A DNA stretch of 64,000 bases, taken from positions 62,001 to 126,000 of the forward strand of contig NC_027220.1 of the NCBI RefSeq assembly GCF_000981445.1. The letters run 5' to 3'. Below are positions 10,801 to 22,059 of this stretch, piece by piece. A model generated the notes under the pieces. The model was not told the origin of the DNA and did not search any database. It worked only from the letters and a program-made list of their open reading frames with translations. The stretch is from Babesia bigemina. Lineage: Eukaryota. Each line of letters starts with the position of its first letter. The first letter of the stretch is position 1. The position numbers were made by a program, and so were the translations under genes.

Positions 10801-13312
10801 ATGAGGTCCCAATCGTACCTCAGCATGTAGGTTGAAATGCTGCTCGGTATCTCGGTAAATTCGGGATAGAGATGAGAGCATTTGTGGTTGACATGGTCGA
10901 CTTTCACGCCCCGTCCGAGATTAATACTGTCTTCTTGTACGCGGAAAAGGCATACATTAAACGCGGTGAGATCTTTCCACACCGCTTTGTTCACCCAGAA
11001 TCGGTTTGCACGCCATATGGTCTCCTCTTCATCCATCAAGGTATCTGTGACCGGCACTACATCTCGAGAAACCGCAAAGGGTTTTGAACATGGTTGTGCT
11101 TCGTCCATAACAGAGAGGAATACAGCAAAGGGGCGTTTGTCGATCTTCCAACTCCGGAAGAACAAGGATTGCGCCAAAGCCTTGGGACCCGCATTGTCGG
11201 AGTTGTAGAGAGACAGTTGCAAGTTGACATCATATCCGGTGAATGTGATTATGCCCAAAACTTTCGTCGGGACTATATTAAGGGACGTTGCTGCTTTATG
11301 ATTGGTTTCTTCGCTGATTACCATGTAAGTGCCCGTTCTGGAAACACTAATCACCGCTGAATTGCTGTGACTTTGAAGAAGCGCTCTGGGCAGGATGTAT
11401 TCCGTAAATGTTTTCCTGTACATGTTACCGGGTCTCTTCGAACGCTGCATTTGGTTTCGTATTGTTTTCTCAACGTTGAAGAATACATCCACCGGATAAA
11501 AATATTCCTCGCCTGTGCTGTCCGGGAGGGCCGTGTCCACGTCGTCTCTGTGCATTAAGGTAACAACGGATGCCAATACGTGTCCTTTAGCAGTTATTAC
11601 TGCTGTCATATCCTCCTTTTGCACACTCACGGCATCCGGTCCCGCGTTTTCTAGTCAGCCATTAACATATAAAGGCACCAACTTACCGCATATATGGATC
11701 TTGCCGAGGTAGATTGTGAACTGGCTGGCGCTGCTACACGCCATATTATCCGAATATCTGTAGTATAAGAGCGATGACAAGCAGGCGCAGACGTTGACGG
11801 TGGTGTTAACATCACGCATTACCTTAAAGCCCTTTATAACTTGATATGTCTTCGTTGTACCGTCAAGTGCTGGATGTATGTCCATACCGCGCTTTGCATA
11901 CTTGAGGGACCATTTTCCTGTGTAGACGTCATAGGGCTGCGATGCGTAGGATTGAACGATAGGGGAGTCTGCAATCAAATCACCCGTACACCCTTTATCT
12001 TCCTCCGAAAATCTGATGGATATTTCATACGTAGGAATGTACGGAGTGATCCATAGGTCGAAGATAGAACCGGGCTGGAGGTACATATCAAGTCTTGTTT
12101 TTTCTACGTAGGTGGTATACTTTGATTTGGGTGACGATTCTGCGCACGTCTCTTCCGTGGTTGCAGTGACGTAACATGTTGGGTGTCCCTTTCTAATGTT
12201 CCTGCAATAGTTTTTTATGAATTGGCTCCGGTTGCTTTCAGTAATCTGCGAAGAAGGAACCTTTTGCCAAGGCATGCAGGCATTACCGTTCACAGTTTGG
12301 GACTGGCAACCAGTATACGGCTTGTCCGTATCACGCGGTGTCTTTTGATTACAGGCTGCGGGGCATTCACTTTTGGCAGTGAGTTACTTACGGCAGTGTC
12401 TCACCATGTCGTCCCAATTGATTTCGGTGGGTTTAAAGTCTCTCCCGGATGGAGACTCTGGGGGTTTGCCAAAGCACTCAGTTGTAAAACCGCATTCGTC
12501 CCAGCAGGACGATTTATGTGCGTAGTCAAGCGCGGTCTTCGGGAAGCAGCGGATGTCAGGGTCCTGAAACCTTGCCGCCATGCCTTCACCACAGATCCTA
12601 TCCAGCGATCTCTGTAGATTAGAATTCACTGCACATCAGTTAAACTTCAAAGCGCATGCTTACCGCAGTACTTGTGGTGTAACCTCTTTATGACCGTCGG
12701 GTCCACGTTCTTGTAGGTTTTCAGTATTTCGGCGGTTCCAGCGCATTTCGTCGGGGAGGAGCAATTGTTGAGGCATTGGTTCGTGTCAGAGCTGTAATCA
12801 ATCATAATCATCTGAACGCAGTAGCATTTCAAAGTTTCGATGTTTTCACATCGTGCGCACATCGTTATTCCGCCGTTTGTCGCTGCGCAGTACTCGTCCA
12901 TATCCAATTGCATTTGCGACACATTTCCGTCGAAGCCTGGAAATTCGTGAGTGGTTGCTTTACATCTAAGTGCGCGAAGCCAGCACGGATAACAGATCAA
13001 AAATATAGGTTGCTGCCCACTTACCGTACCAGCACTTTCCACGCTGCCTGAACGGGTGCACGTGCTTGTTCTCCACCTTCACCCATCGTTCCAAAGTGGC
13101 TGTAATCACATTTGAACCGTTAAACTTCTTTTCGATCATCTGTTGAAGGCCTTCTACGTATGACAAGTAAGTGGGCTGGTTCGTTATGACGGTGTGTACA
13201 ACACTTCACTTACCTTGGTGATGAAGTTAACGTTTGTCTCCATGGGCCGCGCAGATGCAAGCAGCCCGCATAGGCATATGGAGGCCGCAAGGCCTCTCAA
13301 GAGCCCCGCCAT
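4806..13312 (-). CDS. Second CRMP paralogue, full length: signal peptide, kringle-like domain, Cys repeats, multi-TM domain, coiled-coil tail; 6 exons
   Basis: ATG at 13312 (MAGLLRGLAASICLCGLLASA). GT-AG introns at 13213-13176, 13082-13048, 13024-12966, 12663-12629, 12391-12356 and 11686-11651 join the upstream ORFs in frame to the 2274-aa ORF; the 13082/13024 pair around a micro-exon is less certain and would add a seventh exon. Kringle motif: YTGCQSQTVNGNACMPW...NYCRN. Confidence 0.88.
6811..7738. repeat. Inverted repeat arm B (partner of 1612-2539)
   Basis: Reverse complement of arm A; encodes the same CAPGYYF...SDLALP segment. Confidence 0.95.
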
Positions 13313-13768
13313 GCCCCTATGTGCAGGGGATAGTGGCAACTCGCTGGATCTGCGTGTGTTGTGTCGTGGGGAATAGTGCATATGCCACTGATAACCAGAG
13401 TACTGACTCAGAAGCCAGCGCAGATGTTGTTATTAATGATGCCCCTGCATATAATGATTTGTGCAGGAAGAAAGAGCGCCCGTCCACACTGCAGCAATGC
13501 TGCTCAGAACACATTTCTCCGGCTCAGTGTACGTCATGGTCACCTATGAGTCAGACACCCGCTGGCGCGAAAAGCAGCACGTTGGACGCTGCAGACAAAC
13601 ACCGGTGAATCTGCCACGGACGGCTACGATGTGCGGCTACCGAAAGTTACGAAACGCTGTTTGATCTCATACATGGGCGGTGTCTAACCGCGACGCATGA
13701 TGGGATACGGCAAAAGCTTATGTGGCACTGTTCAGCAGGTGCGACTTTCCGCACACAACGCCGCACAA

Positions 13769-14395
13769 TCATGATGCGTGCGACGATTGTAGGTAATCGC
13801 GATAGTCTGGGTCAAAGAAAGCGCGCGAAGCGACCTGTGCGGCCTGCACCAGGAGGTGCCGTGGTGCCTGGTGCATTTTGTGCGTGTTTTTATTACCCCA
13901 TATAGAAGTGGCCACAAACGCCTCGGCATCCTCTAGTAGAGTGATCGCATTTGCTCGCCTTTTGGAATACAGCGGATTCAGCGTGTACGACACATGCGGC
14001 CCGGATTCCACCTTCCAATACGTGAAGGGCGCGAAATGGCTCCCAATGCTGTCATCGGCGTCAAACTCCACGTATTGTTCGGGCTCATTTTCAATTGGAG
14101 AGTCTGCTGTGTCGCTGGGGCTGGAACTTCCAGAGTCTGAGATGGGCTTCGGCACCACGGGGTCAGGGCGGGGCTCGGCGCTCTCGACGGGGTCGTCTGC
14201 CTCCTTATACAGGTGGCTTCTGACGTCGATACCGAGCGCGTCTTCCTCCCAGACTATCTCTCTGATGACTGTAGCGATGTTCTTGGGAATGCCGTACGAC
14301 GTCTCCGCGGAAGCGTCTCGCTGTACGTCGCGCTCCCTCGCAAACCACTGGAAGGCGCACCCAAGTTGTGCTATATGTATGTATCTGTCGTGCAT
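13769..14395 (-). CDS. Hypothetical protein (start uncertain)
   Basis: Long ORF 13769..14494 with protein-like composition and a Pro/Ser/acidic linker; first in-frame ATG at 14395. No family recognised. Confidence 0.55.
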   Translation of the reverse strand: MHDRYIHIAQLGCAFQWFARERDVQRDASAETSYGIPKNIATVIREIVWEEDALGIDVRSHLYKEADDPVESAEPRPDPVVPKPISDSGSSSPSDTADSPIENEPEQYVEFDADDSIGSHFAPFTYWKVESGPHVSYTLNPLYSKRRANAITLLEDAEAFVATSIWGNKNTHKMHQAPRHLLVQAAQVASRAFFDPDYRDYLQSSHAS

Positions 14396-14454
14396 CGTGC
14401 TCCAAAAAGCGTCTCTGACCCAGTCAAACAATTGTTCTCGCGAGATCCTCAAAA

Positions 14455-14902
14455 ATGTCAACCAGTAGGTGTAGTGTATTGCACCAGCAATCACACCGAA
14501 GCAGGCGAATCTGTTGCTCAGGAATCACCCGTGGCGGGCGATATCCCAGACGTCCAAGAGTCAGCTGCGGTAGCTGATGACCTAGAAGCCAAGGCCGTTG
14601 TTGCGGACGGTGAGTCAGCGCCTTGGCACACTTCAATACCCGCAGAGCCGAAGTTGGAGGCTGCGTCGGACGAAACCTGCAAAGCTGCAGCTCCAACCGA
14701 GATCGCCCCCGAACCTCGCGTTGAGAAGGTAGCGCCAGCCGAGATCGCCCCCGAACCTCGCGTTGAGAAGGCAGCACCCGCCGCGCCCGAGACCTATATG
14801 CCACCCAACCAGCACAAACTGGTCAAGAGGCCACCAGGAGGCGGCTCATCCAGTAGGTCTATTACCGTAAGCCAGTAACACCGTTCAGTTATCTTCGGAT
14901 GA
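14455..14902 (+). CDS. Small acidic Ala/Pro/Glu-rich protein ending KRPPGGGSSIIFG* (Jupiter/HN1/SPIRAL1-type PPGG motif); 3 exons
   Basis: aaaaATG at 14455. Introns 14465-14504 and 14853-14888 (both gtaggt...cag) give MSTSESVAQESP...KRPPGGGSSIIFG-TGA. Confidence 0.75.
14697..14771 (+). repeat. Coding tandem repeat, 42-nt period (EIAPEPRVEKxAPA x2)
   Basis: ccgagatcgcccccgaacctcgcgttgagaagg at 14697 and 14739. Confidence 0.95.
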
Positions 14903-15030
14903 ACGCGCAAGGACAGCGGACTATCTGCTACGATGAACCAGACAGATACGCCTCAATGTACTTGATGTAACGCTGAAAGCCTTGTAACAATATAGCACGC
15001 ATGTACATATATCAACCAGATGTGCCCGAG

Positions 15031-15810
15031 TCAGAAAAACGCGTCGTTGAAAGCCGCTAGTATAGACTTCACCTTCCTCTTGCCCAGACCTGAAACCGGT
15101 CACGCGGACGGAGCGGGAACCTACCGTGTATATTTTCGAGCTGGTCAGATTTTATGTGCATCAACTGCTTGACGGTGTTGCACCTAGACGCTATGGTGAT
15201 GGCGTCTGTGTTGTTGACGTGCTTGACGGAGGCTATGATGCGCTGCACAATTTGCAGGTGAGGTTGCTCCAGCCTCGGGTTGAGGAACTCAAGCCCCTTG
15301 TGTCCGTCTATCTTGAGTGCCTCCAACACCGCGGCACTCTCACGAGGACTCCAACTCAGGAGCAGGCGGTATCCCAATGTAAACGTGATAACTGTGAGCT
15401 CCGCTGCGCAATCATGAAAGGCTGTGATGCCGCAGCGAGGGTGAGCACGCTGATCCACGCACCTATGGTATCCTGCGGGTCTTCAATGTCCACCTGACAC
15501 ACTATGAACGGGTTCTTCACCCTATGCCCGCGCAGCTGCTTCAACCGTGCGCCAATGTAGCCTCGGTGCATCCGGTGGTACTTCAGAGACAGGAAGAGCG
15601 CCTGGATGCCCTCCGTCAGTTTGTAGTCGTACGGCGTATCCCCCTCGACACACGTGACATTGACGAAATGCCTGTGAGCGTGTTACAGCCGGTCGATGTA
15701 TATAGGACGCGGGAGAAACGGCTTTCTTACCTGATCAGTGGGTTGCCGCGTTGCCTGGGCGATACCACGATGCAATGCTTTTCTCCCGGTGTGGCAGCTT
15801 CGGGGTCCAT
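15031..15810 (-). CDS. ERCC1: DNA excision repair protein ERCC1/Rad10; 4 exons
   Basis: Spliced translation gives IVVSPRQRGNPLIR...ALFLSLKYHRMHRGYI...LLLSWSPRESAAVLEALK...VKHVNNTDA...GLGKRKVKSILAAFNDAFF, matching the ERCC1 central and HhH domains. Confidence 0.9.
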
Positions 15811-16004
15811 ATTACGCTGACAGTGCGCTCGGCATCGCTATATGCAAGGATTACCGCTGGCAGCCGTTAGAGCCGAATCTCGGGTCCGCCACCGTAGACA
15901 TCGGCCCGACGACGCGCCTCGCATTCGACTTTACAGGGCGATGTGTACATCGGTGTGCCTGCAGAATATATGTAACATAATGCCAAGCATTTAGGTGGCG
16001 GAGA

Positions 16005-17051
16005 ATGCGAGGTCTATGGCCGCTGGTCGTATCTACGGCGGTTGCAATCCTCAACCGCGGCAACGCCGAAAAACCGGATCTGCAGAAACTGGTAAGCAAC
16101 AACGGCATTCCTTCTCATGGGAACAACAGGAAAGTGAGCAGAAGCTGCTCATCCACGACCTGCAGCGGTCACGGCTGGCTTCCGAGCAGCTGAAGGACAA
16201 ACTGGACATCCTGCAACAGTCCAAGAATGCCAGCAGCAGCGTAGGTACCTGGCATGCGATAGTATGACCTTCAGACGCTCAATGTGTCGAACGTCGTCGT
16301 TGACAAGGAGCAGAAGCCGGCGGAGGCGCACAGTGGTTTGTTGTTGCCGCACGGTGGTGACGCGGTTCAGGCAGCGCCAACTACACCCCGCCCATCATTG
16401 TGTTGCTGCCGGAGGAGCCTTCCGAAAGGTGGCGATGCGTAGTGCGATGTTGGTTAACGGTATGTCAGGGAGAAGTGGGAGTACAACCTAACTCTGCGCT
16501 GTCTGGGCCAGCGCGACTTCAGCCCCTTCGAAGGGATCCACAACTCCAAACTGCTGGAAATGGCTAGTAAGTCGCGAGTGATTCGGGGATAAACGTGCGC
16601 AGCCATCAAGGGGAAGACGGTTGCCGAGATCAGGTTGGAGATCAAGCACACGGAGAAGGAGCTGGGTCAGGTAGAGTCAGGGAGCTGTCGGTGCATCAGT
16701 CCGCAGACACGCAAGGAGCTGGAAGGCCTACAGTCGGCCTTGTCGTCAGCAAAAGAGGGCACATACGCCGAAAGAACGCAGAAGCTGCACATATCGCACA
16801 ACATCAAACTGGTGAAGCACGAAATCGATGTTCTGGAGACCAAACTGCATCGGCTCCAAAAGAGGCTCAAGGCGACCGTACTGTTCAGCAGCGGAACTGG
16901 AAAACACGGATCGAGCAAGCAACGGGATCACGATGACGCCGACGAAGAGGAGGCAAGTGAGGATCGCGAGGAGCAAGACGCCGAGGAGGACGCTGGAGAA
17001 GAGGAAGAAGCTGATGAGGACGATGGCCACGCTGATGACGACGAATATTAG
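16005..17051 (+). CDS. Predicted secreted coiled-coil protein with acidic C-terminus; multi-exon
   Basis: Signal-like N-terminus MRGLWPLVVSTAVAIL. About five short GT-AG introns keep the frame through to an Asp/Glu-rich tail ending DDDEY*. Confidence 0.7.
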
Positions 17052-17123
17052 AAAATGTTGCGGCGCCGTTGGTCGTACACATAACAACACCATAATATCG
17101 CACCGGGCTACTCGTGTCTAGGC

Positions 17124-17631
17124 ATGGTGGGCGAGGTCGCCGCCGTGCGCGCCCTCGAGGTAACTGTTGTCGGCACTGCACACTAGTCCGCTGCTCCAAG
17201 ATGTTACGCTTCAACGGTAGGCTATACACGTACACACCATGAGTGTGCAGAGTGCAAGGCGGAAGACCGCGTCTTGCCGAAGCCAACCGAGGCCCCGGAA
17301 TACAATGCCGACTACACGACCACCATGATGTCGGGAGGACTGCTCGCGTCGCTGATATTAAAGGTATGAAGTGCAGTGGAGGTAGTCAGGCAGTGCAGGT
17401 GCCGTCCGCCTTCTTCCTCACGGGCGCCGTCTTCATATCGCGTTGCTTCGCTGCCGACGCGCCAATCGAGTGGTCCAAAGCGATAGTCCCGCTTTCCGGG
17501 TATGTATTCTACCTATATAGCTCTATTACACTAATCTCAAACGCTACTGACTGACGCTCAGCATGATGCCGTCGCTATTCCGGCTCACCACCGACGTGGT
17601 CCAGTGTCTCTGGAATGGCACGCCACTATGA
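17124..17631 (+). CDS. Small multi-exon membrane protein, weakly Asterix/PAT10 (WDR83OS)-like
   Basis: Four GT-AG introns give MVGEVAAVRALE-MLRFNECK...ADYTTTMMSGGLLASLILK-VPSAFFLTGAVFISRCF...LWNGTPL*. The family assignment rests only on size, hydropathy and DY...LxLK spacing. Confidence 0.5.
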
Positions 17632-17683
17632 ACCACGTCATGCAACTATAGAACGCTGCGAAGCGGGTGTAACAACATAAAAC

Positions 17684-19637
17684 TTAATTATCTCGGTCGG
17701 GGAATCGCGGGGTGTCCCCGCCGCTATGTGGTTGGGTGGTTTTCTGCTCCCGCTCATCTTCAAACCACATCTTCCCTTCAACATCCATGTAGCCCTGGGC
17801 GCGTTCCGCGGTGTCGGCGCCGAAGCCAATGTCTCCGCCGTGGGCGTGCACTGGCGGAACTGAGTCGTACGGCAGCCGGCCGAATTCGTCGGGCGATATC
17901 AGGTGCCGCCCGTCGTGGCGTGAGCTGCTCCGGTCATCCTCCATTCGTTGAAATACAGTGTTTCTGTTGACGCATGTGTGCTTTCGCGCGTTGTCACTTA
18001 CAGTAAAAGCAGCTGGAAGGCACGCTTCTGCGTGGATTGGGGGTCGATGATTTCTGCGAGGCGCAACAGGAACTCCTTGAAGAGCGCGTAGGTCAGCTTC
18101 CCGTCCGGAGCTCGCTTGCACACCTCGCGGTACGCCATCTTAGCCACCGGTTCCTCGGACGCAGCGGTCGTCAGTTGGGCGTCGCCCAGCCCGAAGTCCA
18201 AGCAAAAGTTGATGCAGCTATTCTCCGACATGACGAACTCGCCGTTGCACAGCTCGTCGTCACGATAGGACACAAACGCCGAGAAAAGCATGCTCTCGTA
18301 GTCGTCTTGAAGCGCGAGCATGGTCTGTATGCTGTGGTGCTGTTCGTGCTGGAACTTGGCTTGATCAATCTTCTGGTTGGCCTCGTCAAGTGCGGCCTTC
18401 GACTCCTCCAGTTGTTTCTCCAGATCTTCTGCACGGCTCTGCAGCTCCGGCAGCTGATTTTGGAGCTCGTTAACTTTAGCTTCCAGTCCGACCCTCGTTT
18501 CCTCCGCCGTGGCGCGATTTTCTTCCATGCGTGCCTGCAGTTGCGAGTTGTTATCTTTCAGCGCCGATATGGTGCGGAGCAGCTCCTGCTTCTGCGTTTC
18601 CTGAAATTTGTACTCGTCCATACGGTTGCGCAGACTCATAATCTCTGTCTTCATAATCTCGCACGTCTCATTCATTTTGTCTTCCGTTATTTTGATTAAA
18701 TGGTCGTTTTGCGACGGCTGGCAGACGGAGCTCTCCTCAGCTACCGGCTTCTCGGCCCTGCTAACCGGTTCCGGTACAGATGTCGGTACTGGGACCGGTA
18801 CCGGCGCCGGCTCCTCCGGGACCGTATTATCAGTGCATATGGTGTTGTCTGACTGTTGGTCTTCGGAAATGGCGAGGCTTGCCTCATGGCCGATGGCGAC
18901 ATCCTGCTCATTAGACACCAGTGACGGGGCGATGCTCAGTTGTCGCTCCAGAGAGACGTTGCTCATGGCCTCTACTAGGGGATCAATACTTTCGGTTGAT
19001 TCCTGGCTAATGGGCGCACGGTTTGTCCCCTCAACCTCCGGTTGTTGGCCGTAATCCACACGGACGTAGTGGCCCTCCGGCGGTACATTGTCGCCCGTCC
19101 TCATCAACAGTGCGATCACATGGTTGAATGCACACTGTTCAGTTACACGAAGCACGGACGCTCGGTACTTCGAGAGCAGGAATAACGCATGCAAAAATTG
19201 CTCGAAATCTGCCGACAATTGACGAGAACACCGCGGCACTCACCCATCGCGCCCAAGTTGCCGATGACCCTCTCGAGAATGTAATTAATGATGTCTTCCT
19301 TCTTCCGTGCGTTCTGTGACCCGGGAAAGAGCGCAGCGTCGTCCACCTGCGTGCGGTGCAAGACACAAATCAGACGTCATACCATCTGTCTAAACGAAGA
19401 CGCCAGGAGGTGAGGGCCGCCTGCCATTGAGCGGAACGAGGACTCTAGGGGCCCGTGCAAGCGCCATGGAATAAATAGCGTTATGTTACGGCCTCCATTG
19501 TCTATCGCGTACGCCTTATTACCCTGGAGCATACCATCACGGTGCTCCTCCCGCAGAGATCTGGCATAGTCCGACGGTCGGTTGCCGGTGATCTCGGCAA
19601 TTATTTCGCGCAATTTACGCTGCAGCCTGGTCTCCAT
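17684..19637 (-). CDS. Coiled-coil protein with a p25alpha/TPPP-like helical domain near the C-terminus; multi-exon
   Basis: aaaATG at 19637. The 413-aa exon has a PVPVP linker, a long heptad region and CINFCLDFGL...KLTYALFKEFLLRLAE; the last exon ends at 17684. Confidence 0.7.
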
Positions 19638-19941
19638 TTTAAAATCTGCATACCGTAAGGAGAGGAGCCGGCTGCGGCTACCCGCCGATATGCACCCGAG
19701 TGCAGGTAGACAGACCTACGCGACGATCCCGAGGTAACGGCTAGGAAGCGTAGAACGCCTCTAAATTTATAGAAGGCCAGTGGGAGCCGCGAGTTAGCGG
19801 CATCCTACGGCTCGTAGCGCCGTATCCGGCCGCTACACACGCCGACCGACAGCGGCGCCGAACTCATACAACATAAGGAATCAAAATGACAGACACATCT
19901 ATAATGGAAGTAATATCGCAACTGCTTGATTCGGGGAAAAA

Positions 19942-21849
19942 ATGCGCAGCCTTTTGAGGAGGTTCGCATTCGTCCTGCGCCGCTACTACCGCGTATACCC
20001 CGGGCGCAAGAGGATTCAGGTCGAGACGAAGATAAAGAGCCCGAAACGCTATGACGAACTCAGAGGCGGGAGTCCGACGACGCTGTTGCAGGGCAACCTC
20101 TTCACGCCGGAGTCGGCGGGACCACGCGAATTGGCGATGCTCTGCTTTCGCATCGTCAGCATGGGTTATGCGGATGCCAGCATCCTGCTGCGGTACGCGC
20201 AGTGCGCCGTGAAGCAGATCGCGCAACTGCGCATCAAGCATATCGCCCTGGTGCTGCACTCGATATCGAAATTCCTTGCGGCAAATGCAACCCAGATGGG
20301 TCAACCGTCTGGATCGGAGGTTGAGGCGTTCCAGGCGGAGATCGCGAACAGGGAACAACTGCTGCTTACGGTGGACGAATTGGTGAAGGCTGCTACCCCG
20401 AACCTGCAGAAATTGTTTGCTCGGGCCGTGCCGAAGGACCTTGGGATGATCGCTTTGTCGCTTGTCACCGTATGCGAATGCGCCTTCCGCGAACTCGGCG
20501 CCGACCATCATGCATCCCTGCTGGGCACCACTGAGCAGACGCTGAAGCTGATCGCAACCTCCATCGGACCCAAGCTGCCGTTCTGCGAGGCGCCGGAGTA
20601 CGCCGCGCTGGCGAAGGCCTTCTGCAAGCTCCCGCCGCAGCTGGAATTCGCCGGACTCTTCCTGCGTGATCTGGCCGACGAGGTCGCCTGTCTGCTGCTG
20701 GAGAAGCAAGAGCAGCTGGAGGAACTGAACCGCGGAAGCTACATAGGAGATGACCTGCTGGAGTCATTGATGGAGCTCCCCAAGGACCTCACAACCATAG
20801 CCTGCGCCCTCTCTCGCAGGGTGCACCGGCACCGGATGTGGAAGCGGCTGGCCGAGTTTGTGGAACTCATGCTGAAGGTCAACGAGCAGGGTGATGGATC
20901 GTTCGCGAGGCTAGATGGGCAAACATTGATCCTGCTCGCCACGTCGCTGAGTCGGCACGCCGACGTAGGGTTTCTTCTGAACGCGTTGCTGGCTCAGACC
21001 GCCGCGAAACCGAGGCCACAATGGCTAATCACGGGCATGGATATCGCTCTAAATGCTTTGAATGATGTGGATCTCGGGCAGCGCTTGTGGGACAGCATCG
21101 ATTTCGCACAAGTGCCCGCGCTGGACGACGCGGCTAAGACGCAGCTTGTCCACGCCTCGATGCGGGTGCGCAATTTGACGGAGGAGCAGAAGGCAGTCGT
21201 GCGCGGGTTAGTATCCGGAGATTGCAGCAAAGAGCTGCTGGTGGCTTTGTACGCGGCGAGACACCGCTGTGGCATTGACAGGACCACGCAACTACTAGAC
21301 GCCATAATGGCAGATGTAGACCGACTCGGTGTCAGCAGCTTAATGACCATGCTACGTAATGTGGAAGGAGTCCGCGGACTTCCGTCAGGTGATTCGCAGT
21401 GCGATGTTGGTGAGAATCACGACTCGGAACACGTGGACGGGGACAGCGATCTCATAGGCGCTCAGGAAGCCATCAAGGCACAGTTGTTTAATGCACTGGG
21501 CAAAAAGGTGGAGTCCGTCCCGCTAAGCAAGCTGTACGAGATCCTGCTCTACACCATCGACAACCACGGCGGCCGTGTGGCCGTTATCGAGAAGATGGCA
21601 GTACGCGTGGGCCAGGCCGCCGCTGAGTACCAGGACCACCACCTTGCGACGCTCATCGAGAGGCTGCGCGGCGTAGGCATAAACCCCGAACGGGTGTTCG
21701 AGACCAGTCTTGTTGAGCGGCTCCAAAAAGATAACGGCGACGTGGATCCACAGCTCGTGGATAGCTTCGTGGAGGATGGCATGCCGCAGGATTCGCGCGC
21801 GGAACCCAAGTTCAGCGAGTTGGGGGAATTCGACTTCGGGAAAACGTAG
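19942..21849 (+). CDS. Leu/Ala-rich helical protein with an Arg-rich presequence (probably mitochondrial; possibly a helical-repeat RNA-binding protein)
   Basis: 635-aa single-exon ORF with strong GC3 bias; N-terminus MRSLLRRFAFVLRRYYRV. Confidence 0.75.
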   Translation: MRSLLRRFAFVLRRYYRVYPGRKRIQVETKIKSPKRYDELRGGSPTTLLQGNLFTPESAGPRELAMLCFRIVSMGYADASILLRYAQCAVKQIAQLRIKHIALVLHSISKFLAANATQMGQPSGSEVEAFQAEIANREQLLLTVDELVKAATPNLQKLFARAVPKDLGMIALSLVTVCECAFRELGADHHASLLGTTEQTLKLIATSIGPKLPFCEAPEYAALAKAFCKLPPQLEFAGLFLRDLADEVACLLLEKQEQLEELNRGSYIGDDLLESLMELPKDLTTIACALSRRVHRHRMWKRLAEFVELMLKVNEQGDGSFARLDGQTLILLATSLSRHADVGFLLNALLAQTAAKPRPQWLITGMDIALNALNDVDLGQRLWDSIDFAQVPALDDAAKTQLVHASMRVRNLTEEQKAVVRGLVSGDCSKELLVALYAARHRCGIDRTTQLLDAIMADVDRLGVSSLMTMLRNVEGVRGLPSGDSQCDVGENHDSEHVDGDSDLIGAQEAIKAQLFNALGKKVESVPLSKLYEILLYTIDNHGGRVAVIEKMAVRVGQAAAEYQDHHLATLIERLRGVGINPERVFETSLVERLQKDNGDVDPQLVDSFVEDGMPQDSRAEPKFSELGEFDFGKT

Positions 21850-22059
21850 CATGGCGGTCAAAAAGCTGTCGACGTAGGGGTGCCAAGCGGTGTTCGCATG
21901 GCCACGTAACTGCAGGACCGTTGTTGGAATGGCGGGGACCCCCGGCAGTCCATGACCAACCACCCACGATACGGCACTAACAAATGATGCACTCATAATT
22001 TTATGGCAGACTACCAGTCATGTTTAGTCGTCAGTCCGCATGCGCACAATAGTGCGAAC

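Noticed and set aside
11651..11686. In-frame UGA-CUAG (classic stop-readthrough context) joining two CRMP ORFs
   Set aside because: It sits at the end of a perfect 36-nt intron (gtaagt...gctgactag) typical of this genome, so splicing removes the stop.
11655..13381. Several separate small ORFs or a frameshifted pseudogene upstream of the 2274-aa ORF
   Set aside because: They join in frame as exons of one CRMP gene via canonical short introns.
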